Of a DNA stretch of 64,000 nt, positions 36,492 to 49,300 are shown in pieces. The notes beneath the pieces are model-generated. The model saw only the letters and a list, made by a program, of their open reading frames with translations. It did no database searches and was not told the DNA's origin. Location of the stretch: the sequence record PZ379075.1; one strand, given 5' to 3'. The position numbers were made by a program, and so were the translations under genes. Numbering within the stretch: the first letter of the stretch is position 1; every line of letters begins with the position of its first letter. This stretch comes from a phage.

Positions 36492-38336
36492 GTGAGCAAC
36501 CCGGACGCTCTTCCATTTTTGACAGAGATGACTGTCGCTGATATAATCTCTAAGCAAGCAAAGCACGGAGTGAGTTTCAACCGAAGAAATGCTCGGTGGT
36601 ATGTTCACCTCCTTAAAGAGATTATTGTTAATATTGACAGAGAGTTGATTCCTCTCTTACCTAAGATGAGATTAGATGGCTCTACTTACATGAAGCCATT
36701 TAAGAAGTCTGGAGCTTTACAGAAGTGGCCTCAAGCCTATTGTGATAGGGTTGGGCTGAAAAGAGAAGATATTGGTGGAGCTTTCACCTGCGTCGAATAC
36801 GTAGACTTTGACCCATCGAAAGATGCACGAGTTAAAGAAGCTCTTATGGATGAGGGTTTTCTTCCTCCAGAGTTTAACGTATCTAAGAAGCCTTGGAATA
36901 CTTTCGAAATTAAGAAAGATATGCGAAAGTATGGAACATACCAAGCATGGTATACTGCTTGGATGCGAGGTAATGCTAAGCAAAAGCAGACAGCCGAGAT
37001 GGTTGACGCTGATATTAAGAAGTTCTTAGAAAAGCATTTCAGGTTTAAAACTAAGAACTATATGAAGGCTTACGTATTTGGTTTGGGATTAAACCCGAAT
37101 CGCCGTAATCCTGTAACGTTTGATGAGATTAAGAAAGCACTAGCCACATCAAACAAGTGGCCTACAGCTCCTACAAACCTCGAGGAGACTCTTGAAGAAG
37201 GGTTAGGGGGTGAGCTAGGGAGTGTCGGAAGTTTGCTTAAGAGACGCGTTGTAGCGGCTCACAGGCTAGGTCTTATCAGTGGACTCATAGCAAAGGAACG
37301 CGAAGATGGTAAACTTTCGGCAGAAGCTAACAGCTGCGCTACGCCGACTTTTCGATTCAAACATCGTATCGTGGTTAATATTCCCTCCCGTGGTCTGTTT
37401 GGTCACGAGTGTCGCAGTTTGTTTGAGTCTGACTATAACTCAGACAGTGATCACTCTCGTCCTTTCGTTATTACTAACGTTGTTCCTGATGGTTGTTATA
37501 TACGAAAAGGTACTAACGTAATTTACGAGAAAGGTAAGCCGGGGAAGAAAGATAAACCTATAGGTGCTTACAAATATTACATACCCGCTGGTAAAGAAGT
37601 ATTCTTAGGGTATGATGGTTCTGGACTTGAACTTCGTATGCTCGCTCACTACCTCATTAAAGAGTGTAGGGATATGCTTGCTGAGGCAATTGAAGAGAAC
37701 AACCCAGCTAAGAAAGCTCTGGCAGAACGTGGTTTAGCTTCTGCTATTATGTATCGTGATATTCTCCTTGAAGGTGATATCCACTCCCACAACCAGAAAC
37801 TTGCTGGTCTTCCTACTCGTGACAACGCTAAGACGTTTATCTACGCATTCAACTATGGTGCTGGTGATGCTAAGCTTGGTTCAATTGTAGGTGGTGGGGC
37901 TGACGAAGGTTCAGTGATGCGAGCACGTTTCTTAGCAGAGAACCCATGTATTGCAATCCTCATTGATCGTATGACAGAGAAAGCTGCTCAAGGATACTTG
38001 ATTGGAGTTGATGGTCGTAAGATTACAATGAGACGGGATGCCACTGGTAAGGTTATGGTTCATAAAGCCCTTAACACACTCCTGCAATGTGCTGGTGCTG
38101 TTGTTATGAAATATGCTATGATGTTCCTTAACAAGTGGATTGAGAAAGATAAGGTTCGTTGTGCTAAGGTAATTGATATGCACGATGAAGGTCAATTCTC
38201 AGTAAACCGTAATGATGTACAGAAACTCAAAGAGCACACCGAGCTTTGTGTTAAGAAAGCTGGCGAGTATCTGAATATGGAATGTCCTCTGGCATCTGAT
38301 TGTCAGATTGGACTTAACTGGATGCATACACACTAA
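36492..38336 (+). CDS. DNA polymerase, family A polymerase domain (exonuclease encoded separately at 27440-27997)
   Basis: Motif A DGSGLELRMLAHY, motif B RDNAKTFIYAFNYGAG, motif C MHDEGQF; GTG start after AAAGGAG. Confidence 0.8.
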   Translation: MSNPDALPFLTEMTVADIISKQAKHGVSFNRRNARWYVHLLKEIIVNIDRELIPLLPKMRLDGSTYMKPFKKSGALQKWPQAYCDRVGLKREDIGGAFTCVEYVDFDPSKDARVKEALMDEGFLPPEFNVSKKPWNTFEIKKDMRKYGTYQAWYTAWMRGNAKQKQTAEMVDADIKKFLEKHFRFKTKNYMKAYVFGLGLNPNRRNPVTFDEIKKALATSNKWPTAPTNLEETLEEGLGGELGSVGSLLKRRVVAAHRLGLISGLIAKEREDGKLSAEANSCATPTFRFKHRIVVNIPSRGLFGHECRSLFESDYNSDSDHSRPFVITNVVPDGCYIRKGTNVIYEKGKPGKKDKPIGAYKYYIPAGKEVFLGYDGSGLELRMLAHYLIKECRDMLAEAIEENNPAKKALAERGLASAIMYRDILLEGDIHSHNQKLAGLPTRDNAKTFIYAFNYGAGDAKLGSIVGGGADEGSVMRARFLAENPCIAILIDRMTEKAAQGYLIGVDGRKITMRRDATGKVMVHKALNTLLQCAGAVVMKYAMMFLNKWIEKDKVRCAKVIDMHDEGQFSVNRNDVQKLKEHTELCVKKAGEYLNMECPLASDCQIGLNWMHTH

Positions 38337-38400
38337 GGTGAGTGATGAAAGAAACCAATATCATCTACAGAACATTGAGATGTTTAGCTAAAGAGAGGGG

Positions 38401-38709
38401 ATGGAGGATTTCCTCCTCCAATATTATGAAATAGCTAAGACTGGAATTTATCCAAAATGGTTTAGTGAAGATCAAGGATTATGCTTCAACTTTCGCTGTT
38501 ATAAGAGGTATTACTATTTCACAAAGCATTTAGATATTGACGACATGAAGAATATGTTTAATCAAGAAAAGTTTTTTGACCCAACATACCCATTCGGATG
38601 TGATCAATATTTTAGAGATAGGGAAAACGGGGCACATCATAAGAATCCAAAACGACGTGCTTGGATTAAAGATACACTGAAAACTCTATATAATATTGAG
38701 GTTGAGTGA
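38401..38709 (+). CDS. hypothetical protein (102 aa)
   Basis: ORF from track. Confidence 0.4.
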   Translation: MEDFLLQYYEIAKTGIYPKWFSEDQGLCFNFRCYKRYYYFTKHLDIDDMKNMFNQEKFFDPTYPFGCDQYFRDRENGAHHKNPKRRAWIKDTLKTLYNIEVE

Positions 38710-38900
38710 TGAGTGTTCGTGGTTATTATGAATCTTGGGCCGTCTTCAGTGGTGGCTCCACTCTCGTAGCGTTAAATGGTCAACTGTGTATCTTTGAGAC
38801 AGAGAACTTAGCAATAACCAAAGCAGCAGAGCTAGTTCGAAAGTTTCCAAACAAGACATTCACAGTTAAAATGATAGAAGTACCTGCATTGGTAGAGTGA
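38706..38900 (+). CDS. hypothetical protein (64 aa)
   Basis: ORF from track. Confidence 0.35.
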   Translation: MMSVRGYYESWAVFSGGSTLVALNGQLCIFETENLAITKAAELVRKFPNKTFTVKMIEVPALVE

Positions 38901-39056
38901 ATAAATAAGACGAATGAACTATTCTTATTGATTGGTTCGTAACAAGGAGATTGAAGTGGAAGAGATGCCATCGGATTGGTGTTATCGTCAGAGCGCCATC
39001 TGTAATGAACAAGGTCGTCTTGATGAGGCTGAGTTCTATCTAGAGCTAGCCGAACT

Positions 39057-39251
39057 GTGGAAAGAACGAGAGGAGAAAGAGTGATGGAAGGTATTTACCG
39101 TAAACCGCCTCCAAAATATAACATCCTTTATACTGATGCAACAGGCGAGTTTAGAAGTGTGTTAGTTTACACGGATGAAGAACGAAACCAAATGGTTGCT
39201 GCTATTGAAGCCAATGGTGGTACAATCATGCGAATTTATAACATAACATAA
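39057..39251 (+). CDS. hypothetical protein (64 aa)
   Basis: ORF from track. Confidence 0.35.
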   Translation: MERTRGERVMEGIYRKPPPKYNILYTDATGEFRSVLVYTDEERNQMVAAIEANGGTIMRIYNIT

Positions 39252-39444
39252 GGAATATCAATGACTGCTTCTGAATTAAAAGAAACCCTATCCACTGAAG
39301 AAGGTAAAGCTTTCTTCTTATCTCAAGTACACTCTATGGGTAAAGATGCCCTTCGCCAAGCAGTCGTTGAGCTTACTGGTGTAGTGATTGACTTGAGTAT
39401 TGAAAACGAAACACTTGAAGCTAAAGTGAACAGTTAAATAAGAA

Positions 39445-39466
39445 GCTGCCTTCGGGCGGCTTTTCT
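39445..39466 (+). terminator. rho-independent terminator
   Basis: GCTGCC-TTCG-GGCGGC + TTTTCTT. Confidence 0.65.
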
Positions 39467-39876
39467 TGTCTAAAGGATTTGACATGAATATTGGTTTAGA
39501 TTACGATGACACTTACACCTCAGATAAAAAGCTGTGGCGCTCTGTGGTGGCATTAATGCAAGAAAAGGGCTACGATGTACGCTTTGTAACTTATCGCTTT
39601 GCAGAGCCTAATGGGTACGATAACCACGACATTAAGATTGATGCAGAGTGTTTGCAGATTCCTATTATCTTTTGTAATGGTGTGCAGAAGGATGAGGTCT
39701 GTCGACAGCTAGGTTTCTTCGTCGATATCTGGATTGACGACTTCCCTGTTGGAATCCCCAAAAAGGACCACCTAGACGGTATGCTGAAGGGCGTAAGACT
39801 TAATGACCTTAGGGCAGCACCTCCTGTAGAAATAGCCGCTCCTGTGTACTCTGAAGAGCCTTTGGTGATTCGATGA
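39466..39876 (+). CDS. HAD-superfamily phosphatase-like protein (possible deoxyribonucleotidase)
   Basis: HAD motif I GLDYDDTYT and motif IV IWIDDFP. Confidence 0.5.
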   Translation: MSKGFDMNIGLDYDDTYTSDKKLWRSVVALMQEKGYDVRFVTYRFAEPNGYDNHDIKIDAECLQIPIIFCNGVQKDEVCRQLGFFVDIWIDDFPVGIPKKDHLDGMLKGVRLNDLRAAPPVEIAAPVYSEEPLVIR

Positions 39877-40036
39877 AGAAATATAGTGTATGGATTAACG
39901 AGGAAGAAGAAGGTTTTGATGAAGCTGGAGGGTGGGTGAATATCCTAAACACCGACGACATAGAAGAGGCCGAGAAGTGCGCCCTAAACTACAACTCTGG
40001 GTATTATGAAAGAAATTGGGAATATGAGGAAGAAGT

Positions 40037-40258
40037 ATGATTTGGGTTCACACTTATAGAATTGGGAAGAAAGGGCTTACTACTATTCACACATCTGAAG
40101 ATAGTGCTAAAGCATCTCAGGCTGTACTGAAAGGAAAGATCACACCTTATGTAGTCGCTGAAGAAAAGAAGAATCCTCCAGTTCTGGAATACTTAGGAAC
40201 AGGTAAACCTTACACAGCACTGGATGTTATTAACAACAAACAAGGAGATGTGGCATAA
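40037..40258 (+). CDS. hypothetical protein (73 aa)
   Basis: ORF from track. Confidence 0.4.
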   Translation: MIWVHTYRIGKKGLTTIHTSEDSAKASQAVLKGKITPYVVAEEKKNPPVLEYLGTGKPYTALDVINNKQGDVA

Positions 40259-40260
40259 AA

Positions 40261-40476
40261 ATGGAATACATTGATAAATACTCAAGTGAAGATTCAACAA
40301 ACGCTGAAGTTTTATTTATACTAAAAACAGACTGTCTTGAACATGGTCAACTTATCAATTTCATTGAGTTAGCAAAACTTAAAGAAGAGATAGATCAACT
40401 GTATAGCGATGAGCAGTCTCGTTTGTTATCACTGTCCCTTCTCGGAGATCTTACCTGTGATGGATGTACTATCTAA
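40261..40476 (+). CDS. hypothetical protein (71 aa)
   Basis: ORF from track. Confidence 0.4.
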   Translation: MEYIDKYSSEDSTNAEVLFILKTDCLEHGQLINFIELAKLKEEIDQLYSDEQSRLLSLSLLGDLTCDGCTI

Positions 40477-40639
40477 CTCTGAGAAAAAGAAGATCTCAGT
40501 ATTTAAAGAACCTGTAGTTTATAAAGACTCTATCAGAGATCAATATAATGAGATGTTAAAGAAACAAGCTGATTCTAATCTTCGTTATCAGAGGATAATA
40601 GAACAAACTAACTTTAAAGGTTTACTTGAATGGTAACTT

Positions 40640-41052
40640 ATATCCTTTACTTTTTAGCTTTCTTAGGAATAATCTTTTTATCTATTATTCTTGAATTTGG
40701 TTTAAGTAGGTTAGTTAATTATTTAGGTAATAAGTAATTAATATTCTTTTAAATAGAGAATCAAAGTCCCTAGGAGTCCCTACAACCTAAATCAAGGATT
40801 CCTTAATTCTCTATTTTTATCTCGCAGGTGGCTCCTGCCCTTCGGTACTTGCAAGGGATTCTGTGAATTGCCCAATATACAAGCCTGCAATAACTTTATC
40901 AGCTATACAATATATACATTACTAGTGTGTTATATCTACTACCAAAGATACTTATATTATATAGTACTCTTATCGGTATAAGCGTAATGTATACTATACA
41001 TAACCGCTCAAAGAGAGCAACAATCTTTCAAATTAAATAAGGAAATTAAAAT
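40640..41052. promoter_or_regulatory. AT-rich 400-bp intergenic region with 11-bp inverted repeat (40751-40761 / 40806-40816) and TAATGTATACT motif (40988)
   Basis: Direct reading; candidate promoter cluster or replication origin upstream of SSB-like gene. Confidence 0.4.
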
Positions 41053-41799
41053 ATGTCTATGATTCCAACTATCGCAACTGCTTCCCGTAAATCCAACTAC
41101 GATGTAATCCCTGATGGTGAATACGAAGCACGTATCGTTCGTGTAGTAGGTTTGGGTGTTCACAATCGTGACCCTTGGATTGACCCGAAGACCAAAGCAG
41201 TAACTCCTAAGAATCCGGCTTTCCGTATGGATTTAGCTTTCGAGCTGATTGGTGTTGATGCTACTGGTAAAGATTCCGATGGTAAGGCATTAGAACCACG
41301 TCCAGCTTGCCAGTTCAAGAGCTATGATGTAAACCCACGAGCTAAGAACTCTGGTATTCTTGATCTTTGCAAAATGATTGACCCAAGTATTCAAGCACTG
41401 AAAGGTGATCTGTCTTGGTTCAAGGATGTTCTGTTAGGTCAGCCTGTTAACATTCTGGTTAACTCTTATACTAACAAATCTGGTGAAGTTAAAAACTCCA
41501 TCAAGACCATTTCTCCAATCCCAACCAAATATCGTGCAGCAGTTGGTGAAGCTCGTAGTCCTCTGGTATTCTTCGAACCGTATGCTGAAACCGATGAGAA
41601 CGTAGCATCCTATCAACTGATGTTCCCGTTCCAGCGCAACCTGCTTACTCAAGCTAATGACGCTAAGAACATGCCTCTGGCTGGTCGTGAAATTACTCGT
41701 GCTTCTGAAACAGAGCAGAAAGAAGCTACTCCTTCAATCCCTACGATTGATAAAGAGCCTGCTTCTACTTACGAAGACGACAACGATAGCCCATTCTAA
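41053..41799 (+). CDS. putative single-stranded DNA-binding protein (acidic C-terminal tail ending DDNDSPF)
   Basis: C-terminal acidic tail ending in Phe as in E. coli SSB and T7 gp2.5; strong terminator follows; N-terminal fold not verified. Confidence 0.45.
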   Translation: MSMIPTIATASRKSNYDVIPDGEYEARIVRVVGLGVHNRDPWIDPKTKAVTPKNPAFRMDLAFELIGVDATGKDSDGKALEPRPACQFKSYDVNPRAKNSGILDLCKMIDPSIQALKGDLSWFKDVLLGQPVNILVNSYTNKSGEVKNSIKTISPIPTKYRAAVGEARSPLVFFEPYAETDENVASYQLMFPFQRNLLTQANDAKNMPLAGREITRASETEQKEATPSIPTIDKEPASTYEDDNDSPF

Positions 41800-41820
41800 T
41801 AACTCTCCTTGTTATAGCTT

Positions 41821-41845
41821 AGCCACCTCCGGGTGGCTTTTTTCG
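41821..41845 (+). terminator. rho-independent terminator
   Basis: AGCCACC-TCCG-GGTGGCT + TTTTTT. Confidence 0.75.
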
Positions 41846-41856
41846 TTGGAGACAAC

Positions 41857-42207
41857 ATGCAAAACACATTAAGTGATAACTTAGGGTTTATCGTTTTCTC
41901 AGCTCTTGTATTCTTTGGTGGTATGAAGTTTAACGAATATCAAACAGACAGCAGTAATCTGGACAAAGAGAAGCACCAGCAAGAGTTAGAGATTGAAAGA
42001 AGTAGAGCAGCTGATGAAGTTGCTCAGAGAGTTCTTACCGGTTTATCTAACTGGAAGAAGAACACGGAAACCGTTTATAAAGAGATGCATTATGAGAAAA
42101 CTAAACCAGTTTTTTATAATGTCTGCGCTAGTGATGAGTATGTCAGCTTGTTCAACGAGCGACAACAGCAGGCAATCAATGCCCTTACCAACAAACCTAA
42201 AAGCTGA
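41857..42207 (+). CDS. putative i-spanin (Rz-like): N-terminal TM helix plus periplasmic coiled coil
   Basis: TM LGFIVFSALVFFGGM then charged helical region; ATG 41857 after GGAG. Confidence 0.45.
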   Translation: MQNTLSDNLGFIVFSALVFFGGMKFNEYQTDSSNLDKEKHQQELEIERSRAADEVAQRVLTGLSNWKKNTETVYKEMHYEKTKPVFYNVCASDEYVSLFNERQQQAINALTNKPKS

Positions 42208-42351
42208 ATGTAGGGTTGACCTGCCTCTTTTAGAAAGTGCTCAAGGAAAAGCATTAGCCACTACGTTGGAGTGGTATCAGGACCAGTACACAGAATGTGC
42301 TGCCAATCACAATGGATTGTTAGAAGCTCTGAAAGAGCGTGGAATAGAATA

Positions 42352-42352
<1 letters not shown>
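42092..42352 (+). CDS. putative o-spanin (Rz1-like lipoprotein) overlapping i-spanin in +1 frame
   Basis: MRKLNQFFIMSALVMSMSAC lipoprotein-type signal (non-canonical lipobox MSAC), short mature peptide with Cys and Pro. Confidence 0.4.
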
Positions 42353-43838
<1,486 letters not shown>

Positions 43839-43848
<10 letters not shown>

Positions 43849-44375
43849 ATAAGTTTAACCTTATGGAAGAAGAGATTGCTGATCTGTGTCACAAATTAAG
43901 AGATAAGACCAGAACGATTTCTATGTTACGTGCAGTTATTGATAGCTATCGTAAATCTGTTGAAGAAATCTCTTCGTGTTCTGCTGATACAGAAATTCGG
44001 TATGCAATGAAAAGGTTGATAGTAAAGCCGCCAGTAGGTGAAGAGTATCCAATTTATTCCTCTGTTCCTGTAGTCAGTTTTAAGCCTACAACTGAACAAA
44101 CCAGCAAAAGAAGTCCAGCTTTAGACACTATGGTTGGGGGTGCACACTATAACCCTGAATCTAAAATCATTCAGCCTGTTGAGTTTTACCATGCAAACCC
44201 TCAGTTGAACTTCCAACAAACCAATATGATCAAATACGCTTATCGACACAAAGATAAGAATAAGGTTCAGGATTTGTTGAAGGTTGTTCACTACGCCCTT
44301 CTTGAGTGTGGGTTTGAATACCCTGAAGAGTATGATAACTTCCGCAATGAAATCCGTAAGCTGTTAGGAGAATAA
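43839..44375 (+). CDS. hypothetical protein (178 aa)
   Basis: ORF from track. Confidence 0.5.
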
Positions 44376-44376
44376 T

Positions 44377-45195
44377 ATGGAAGACGTTAAGCTCCCTGAG
44401 GTAGCTATAGTGGATGCTGACGTTCTTCGATATGAAGTGGGTGCTCTTACTCAGGAGCATCCCTTTCTTGACACAGGACGTGTTCCAGTTGATTATAATT
44501 TCATGATTGAACGACTTCAGTACAAGATTGATACAATTATAGCTCGCTCAGGATGTAGTAAGGTTGTGTTCTACTTCAGCGAAGGTGGTAATTTCCGTTT
44601 CGATGTTGCTAAGCAGCAAGATTACAAAGCAAATAGACCTCCCGGAGAAAGACCTTTTCACTGGCAAAACGTTGGTGATTATATTAAAGGTAAGTATGAA
44701 TACATAGATGTATTTGGGAGAGAGGCTGATGATGCACTAGCTGAAAGGCAACGTAGAGATAAGAATACTATCATCTGTACTAGAGACAAGGATTTGTTGA
44801 TAACTCCCGGATGGCATTATCGTTGGGCTTGTGGAGAAAGACAGAAAGAGGTTCCTCCTCACTACGTATCTGATTTAGTTTCATGGCAAAATTTCTTCTA
44901 TCAGATGCTGGTTGGAGATGGTACAGATAATATCCCCGGATGTGGAGAACGTAAAGAAGTTATGTGGGGTGGTAAGCTCCAGCTTCGACGTCAAGGAATA
45001 GGGAAGAAAGCAGCAGCTAAACTATTGGCTGGTGTTACAGATAAGTGGACCATGTATCATATAGTACGAATGGAATATTATAAGAAGTTCGATACTGAAG
45101 ATGAAGAGAAGATGCTTGAGAATGCTCGGCTGCTCTTTGTTGGTCAGACTCCGGAAGACCTGTTCGACTGGACATGGTTAGATAAATCTTGGTAA
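44377..45195 (+). CDS. 5'-3' exonuclease / flap endonuclease (PIN-like)
   Basis: AIVDADVL N-terminal motif and YKANRPPGE...GREADDALAE resembling FEN-family signature. Confidence 0.6.
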   Translation: MEDVKLPEVAIVDADVLRYEVGALTQEHPFLDTGRVPVDYNFMIERLQYKIDTIIARSGCSKVVFYFSEGGNFRFDVAKQQDYKANRPPGERPFHWQNVGDYIKGKYEYIDVFGREADDALAERQRRDKNTIICTRDKDLLITPGWHYRWACGERQKEVPPHYVSDLVSWQNFFYQMLVGDGTDNIPGCGERKEVMWGGKLQLRRQGIGKKAAAKLLAGVTDKWTMYHIVRMEYYKKFDTEDEEKMLENARLLFVGQTPEDLFDWTWLDKSW

Positions 45196-45374
45196 TAAGG
45201 ATATTATAATGGGTAAATTTGATTATCGTTCATATGATGAAAACTCCTCCAACCGTGAATCTCGTAAAGACCAAAAGATTAAACATCAACTGTTTGATCA
45301 GAGAACTGGTCGTATTCCTCGTGAGGGTAAGGTGAGTCATCGTGTAAACAAACGAGTTTGGGAAGAAGCTGATT

Positions 45375-45776
45375 ATGGCGAAGTCTGAGAAGACTCGCTG
45401 TAGTGGAATGTGGACTGAAGCTCGTTACAACTCTTTCATCAAGTCAGGGATTCGTTCTCTGACTAGAAAGTGGAAGCCTATGTTCGATGCACTAGCAGAC
45501 GCCAAGACAGAGCAGAAGATTAATCCAAAGACAGGAAGACTGGCAATGCACTTTAAGTGTGCCATGTGTGGTTCTGACCACCCTGTAAAGGATATGGCTA
45601 TTGACCACATAGAGCCTATAGTTCCCTTAGATCATGAAGCAACTTGGGATGAAATCATCTCTCGTGCTCTGTGTGAGAAAGAAGGTTTTCAGGTTCTGTG
45701 TAAAGACCCTTGTCATAAGATTAAAACAAAAGAAGAGAATGATGCAAGAAAACAATTCAAAAAAGGAAATGAGTGA
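45375..45776 (+). CDS. HNH endonuclease
   Basis: CAMCG...DHIEPI...CKDPCHKIKT His-Me finger pattern. Confidence 0.65.
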   Translation: MAKSEKTRCSGMWTEARYNSFIKSGIRSLTRKWKPMFDALADAKTEQKINPKTGRLAMHFKCAMCGSDHPVKDMAIDHIEPIVPLDHEATWDEIISRALCEKEGFQVLCKDPCHKIKTKEENDARKQFKKGNE

Positions 45777-45996
45777 TGATCAAAAATCTACGCAACAAGT
45801 GCTTCGCTTTCGCTATCGCAATTGGAGAGGCGAGGTTGCTGACCGGTCCGTTATTCCACTCCGAACCTCCGTTGCTAGCTCCCGTTTTCATAACGGTGGC
45901 AAACCTTGTTGGATTATGACAGCAATTGATGTAGAGAAAGATGAGATTCGAGAGTTCAAACTCTCTGACATTATTCAGTATTACGATTTAATCTAG
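45772..45996 (+). CDS. hypothetical small protein (74 aa)
   Basis: In-frame ATG inside track ORF 45634-45996; overlaps HNH stop. Confidence 0.4.
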   Translation, partial: SDDQKSTQQVLRFRYRNWRGEVADRSVIPLRTSVASSRFHNGGKPCWIMTAIDVEKDEIREFKLSDIIQYYDLI

Positions 45997-46323
45997 GAAC
46001 TGACATGATCACACAATCAGATAAAAATAAACTCTTCGACTTAATCCACGACCTATTAGAAGCTCAGAGCTTTATCGACAATGCCGATACTTGGGAGATG
46101 GAAGCAGCTGGAAAAGCTTTTGATGAAAGTGAAGAGAAACTTACTAATTTTATAAACACAATCTAGGGGGGTTATATGAATGAAGAAGTTGTTATTCTTG
46201 GAAGTAAATCAGATTGGTTCTACGGAGGCATCTCAGGGTGCTTTGAAGATGAACGTCCAGACCTCTGAAGAAAATTGGGATGTATGACGAATTTGATGGT
46301 TTTTAAAACTTAGAAACAAACAA

Positions 46324-46355
46324 AGCCCCTTCCTTTCGGTTGGGGCTTTTCTTTT
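46324..46355. terminator. bidirectional terminator between convergent gene blocks
   Basis: AGCCCC...GGGGCT hairpin flanked by T-tract on plus strand and A-tract upstream. Confidence 0.6.
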
Positions 46356-46356
46356 A

Positions 46357-49300
46357 TCACTCCTTAGGTCGAACTCTTACACGGAGTCTCGATTGACGCT
46401 TACTGCGTTCAAGCTTCTCTGACAATGAGCCACGTTTAATCTTCGGCTTCCCTTCGTCATTAAACTTCTCCAAGAACTGCAAGTACTCAGTACGATTCGT
46501 TGTCTTGTAAGAAGGAATCTTAATATCAGGGTTCTCTTCAATTACACGTCTCATCTTCGCTACATCATCCCTACCAAGCAACTTACTCTTAGCCTGTTCA
46601 GCTGTAGAACCAAAGATCTTCTCCAGTGCTCTGGATTTGTTACCACCTGCGGAAGAAGCACCAAGTTTAGCAATGGCAGAGTAATCATCAGCACTAAACC
46701 AAGCTACCGGATTATCACCATACTTCTTCTTGTTTTCAGCAGCAGTCTGCAATGCACGTACAAAGCGACGGTTGTTACCAGCCTTATCTGCACCATGAAC
46801 CCTGTCTAAAACTTCAGCCACACTAGCCAACTCATCCAAGCTCTTCCCACTCAAGAAAGCTTTCTCTACTTTATCAGCAAAAACCTCTTCCTGTTGTTTA
46901 ATGCTTTCCAAGATATCAGAATTTGCTTGAGATCTTTCATCATCAGGCAGAGCAGAACGAATCTTCTCCATCTCCAACTCTTCCTCTTGCAGTTTCTTAA
47001 TATCAGAGTCAACCTTCTGAGCCTCCTCAATAGCCTTCCTAGTATCCGCATCCAAGTTATCAAGTTTACCTTCAGTATCTCCAGTAACCTTAACAATCTC
47101 TTTCTCGATAGGAGTCATTGATTCGTACTTCTTAGCGAACTTCTCAACATCAGCCTCAATACGAGAGCGAGCATTCTGATGTTCAGTTGGAGTCATAGGC
47201 TTCTCGAGAAGTGCATAACGGTTATCCATATAGGAACCAGCAAACGCTTCAGCATCCTCTCTAGATATGCCCTTATCTTCCATAGTACGCATCAGGCGGC
47301 GATGAATATCATCACGTTGACGTTGTACTGCCATAAGATCATTCTCACGCTCTTGGGCCGCTTTAAGCTCTTCACTGCGCTTAACTCTCTTGTCCACATC
47401 AAACTTGCGGTTCATCTCTTCCGCTTGCTCATACATCTTGTTCCACTTAGCCTGACGAGCATCTTCCTCTGCATCAGTTAAACGACGCTGACGATCAAGG
47501 TAGTCTGACTCGGCGTTATGGATACGTTCAATGTAACTACGGAACTTCTCTGGAGGAACTGGAGAGTTCTTATCGTGGTGAGCAGCCAACTGTTTCAGTG
47601 TACGAGATTCCTGAGCCTCACGAACAGGTTTAGGTAAACCTTCCATCATCTTCTCAATCTCACTCTTCTGAGCTGCAATAGCCTCTAGAGTTTTACGTTC
47701 ATTCTCAACAGCAGCTTTAGCATCCGAACGAGCCTGAGCCTTTTTCCTGAGTGTAGCAAGACGTTCTTCACGAGCCTGTAAATGCTTAGCAGCAGCTTCG
47801 TACTGAGAGTTCTTGTTAGCTTTGTTGAAGGCATTCACTTCTCTGTTATAGGTGTTAATAAACCCATCCCAAATATCCTTCATCTGACCAACTTCCAAAG
47901 CCTCTTCCCTACCAGCCTTCTCTGAAGATTTAAACTTTCCATCTACAAAGTCATTCATCAATTTACGCATAGCGTCTTTCTGAGCAGGACGTAAAGGTTC
48001 TGCATCAATCAAAGTATCAATCTCAGACTGAAGCTCTTTCTTCTGGTCAACCAGCTTAGGAGCATTCTTGTTATCGAAAGCTTTATTCTCTTCTAGAGCT
48101 TGTTGGTACAGTCTATCAAACTCATCTTCACGCTGCTTCTGATACAACCTTTCAGCACGACGTTTCAGACTATCCAAGTTAGTTACGTTCCCACCTAAAC
48201 CTTTCTCTTCAGCACGTAATGCCTTAGTAGCAATGTCTTCTGGCAGACCACGTTCTTTAACCCATTCAGCAAAGTTAGTTCGTACAGTGTTGTTCTTAGC
48301 AGTAGCAATACCTTGCTGAGAAGCCAGCTGGTTACGAGCCATTTCTTCATGACGTTCAGTGTTGATAGCATTATCTTCCTGACGAATACGACGCATCAGT
48401 TCCTTAGGATCACCTTTATAGGCCAAGAAGTTTTCAGCAGTAGCTTTAGCTTTAGCAGCCTTAGAGTACAGAGAACGAGCAAAACGTTCTGCACGATCTT
48501 TAGTAGCCTGACGAGCAGCACTAGACATAGCAGCTAAACGTTCTACACCACTTGCCGGTTTAACGTCCTGTACAGCTTCCTTAGGAGCTTTAGGAGCACG
48601 AGCAGGTAATGGCTCAGCTTTGACTGTTGGTTCCTCTACGGTTGGTTCTGGAGCCTGTGCGGCCTCTTCTTGAGCACGTTGCTGTTCCATTGCACGACGC
48701 TCCTCTAGAGGGTTACGAGCAGGGAGAGGTTCAGCCTGTGGAGTTTGTTCGACCGGAGCTTCTTGAGCAGCCAATGCCTCTTCTTCAGCGCGACGCTGTT
48801 CAGCCTGACGGATAGCGCGTCTTTGCGCAACTAAATCACGAGCTGTAAGAGGAGTTTCTTGAGGAGCAGAAGAAGGAAGATTTTCTTCCGTCACAGTACT
48901 AGAAGAAGGCTCCCGAACCGGTTCGGTTTCCACGTCATTTTGCGTCTTAAATTTAATGTCATCAACAACTGGTTCTTCTTCCATTTTAGCACGAGCTTCA
49001 TCAGCAGTAGATTTAGCACGAGCAACTTCCAAATCACCACGAGCAAGAGAGCGGATAGCTTCGCTGTTAGATTCTTGTTGCTTAACACGTTGAGAGCGAG
49101 CACGCTGAGAAGAGAAGCGATTCAGAGCATACTTAGCAGCACCAAGAGTGTTCATTACCAGACTAGGTGAAGAAGCCTCACGGAATCCATCATCAGTCAG
49201 GGAAGTCCAACCACGGTCTTGATTGCTCATGAACTTAGCTGTATTGTTCAGAGTGTAAGCATCTTGAATAGGATTAAAACCTTCAGGCATACCTTTCAGT

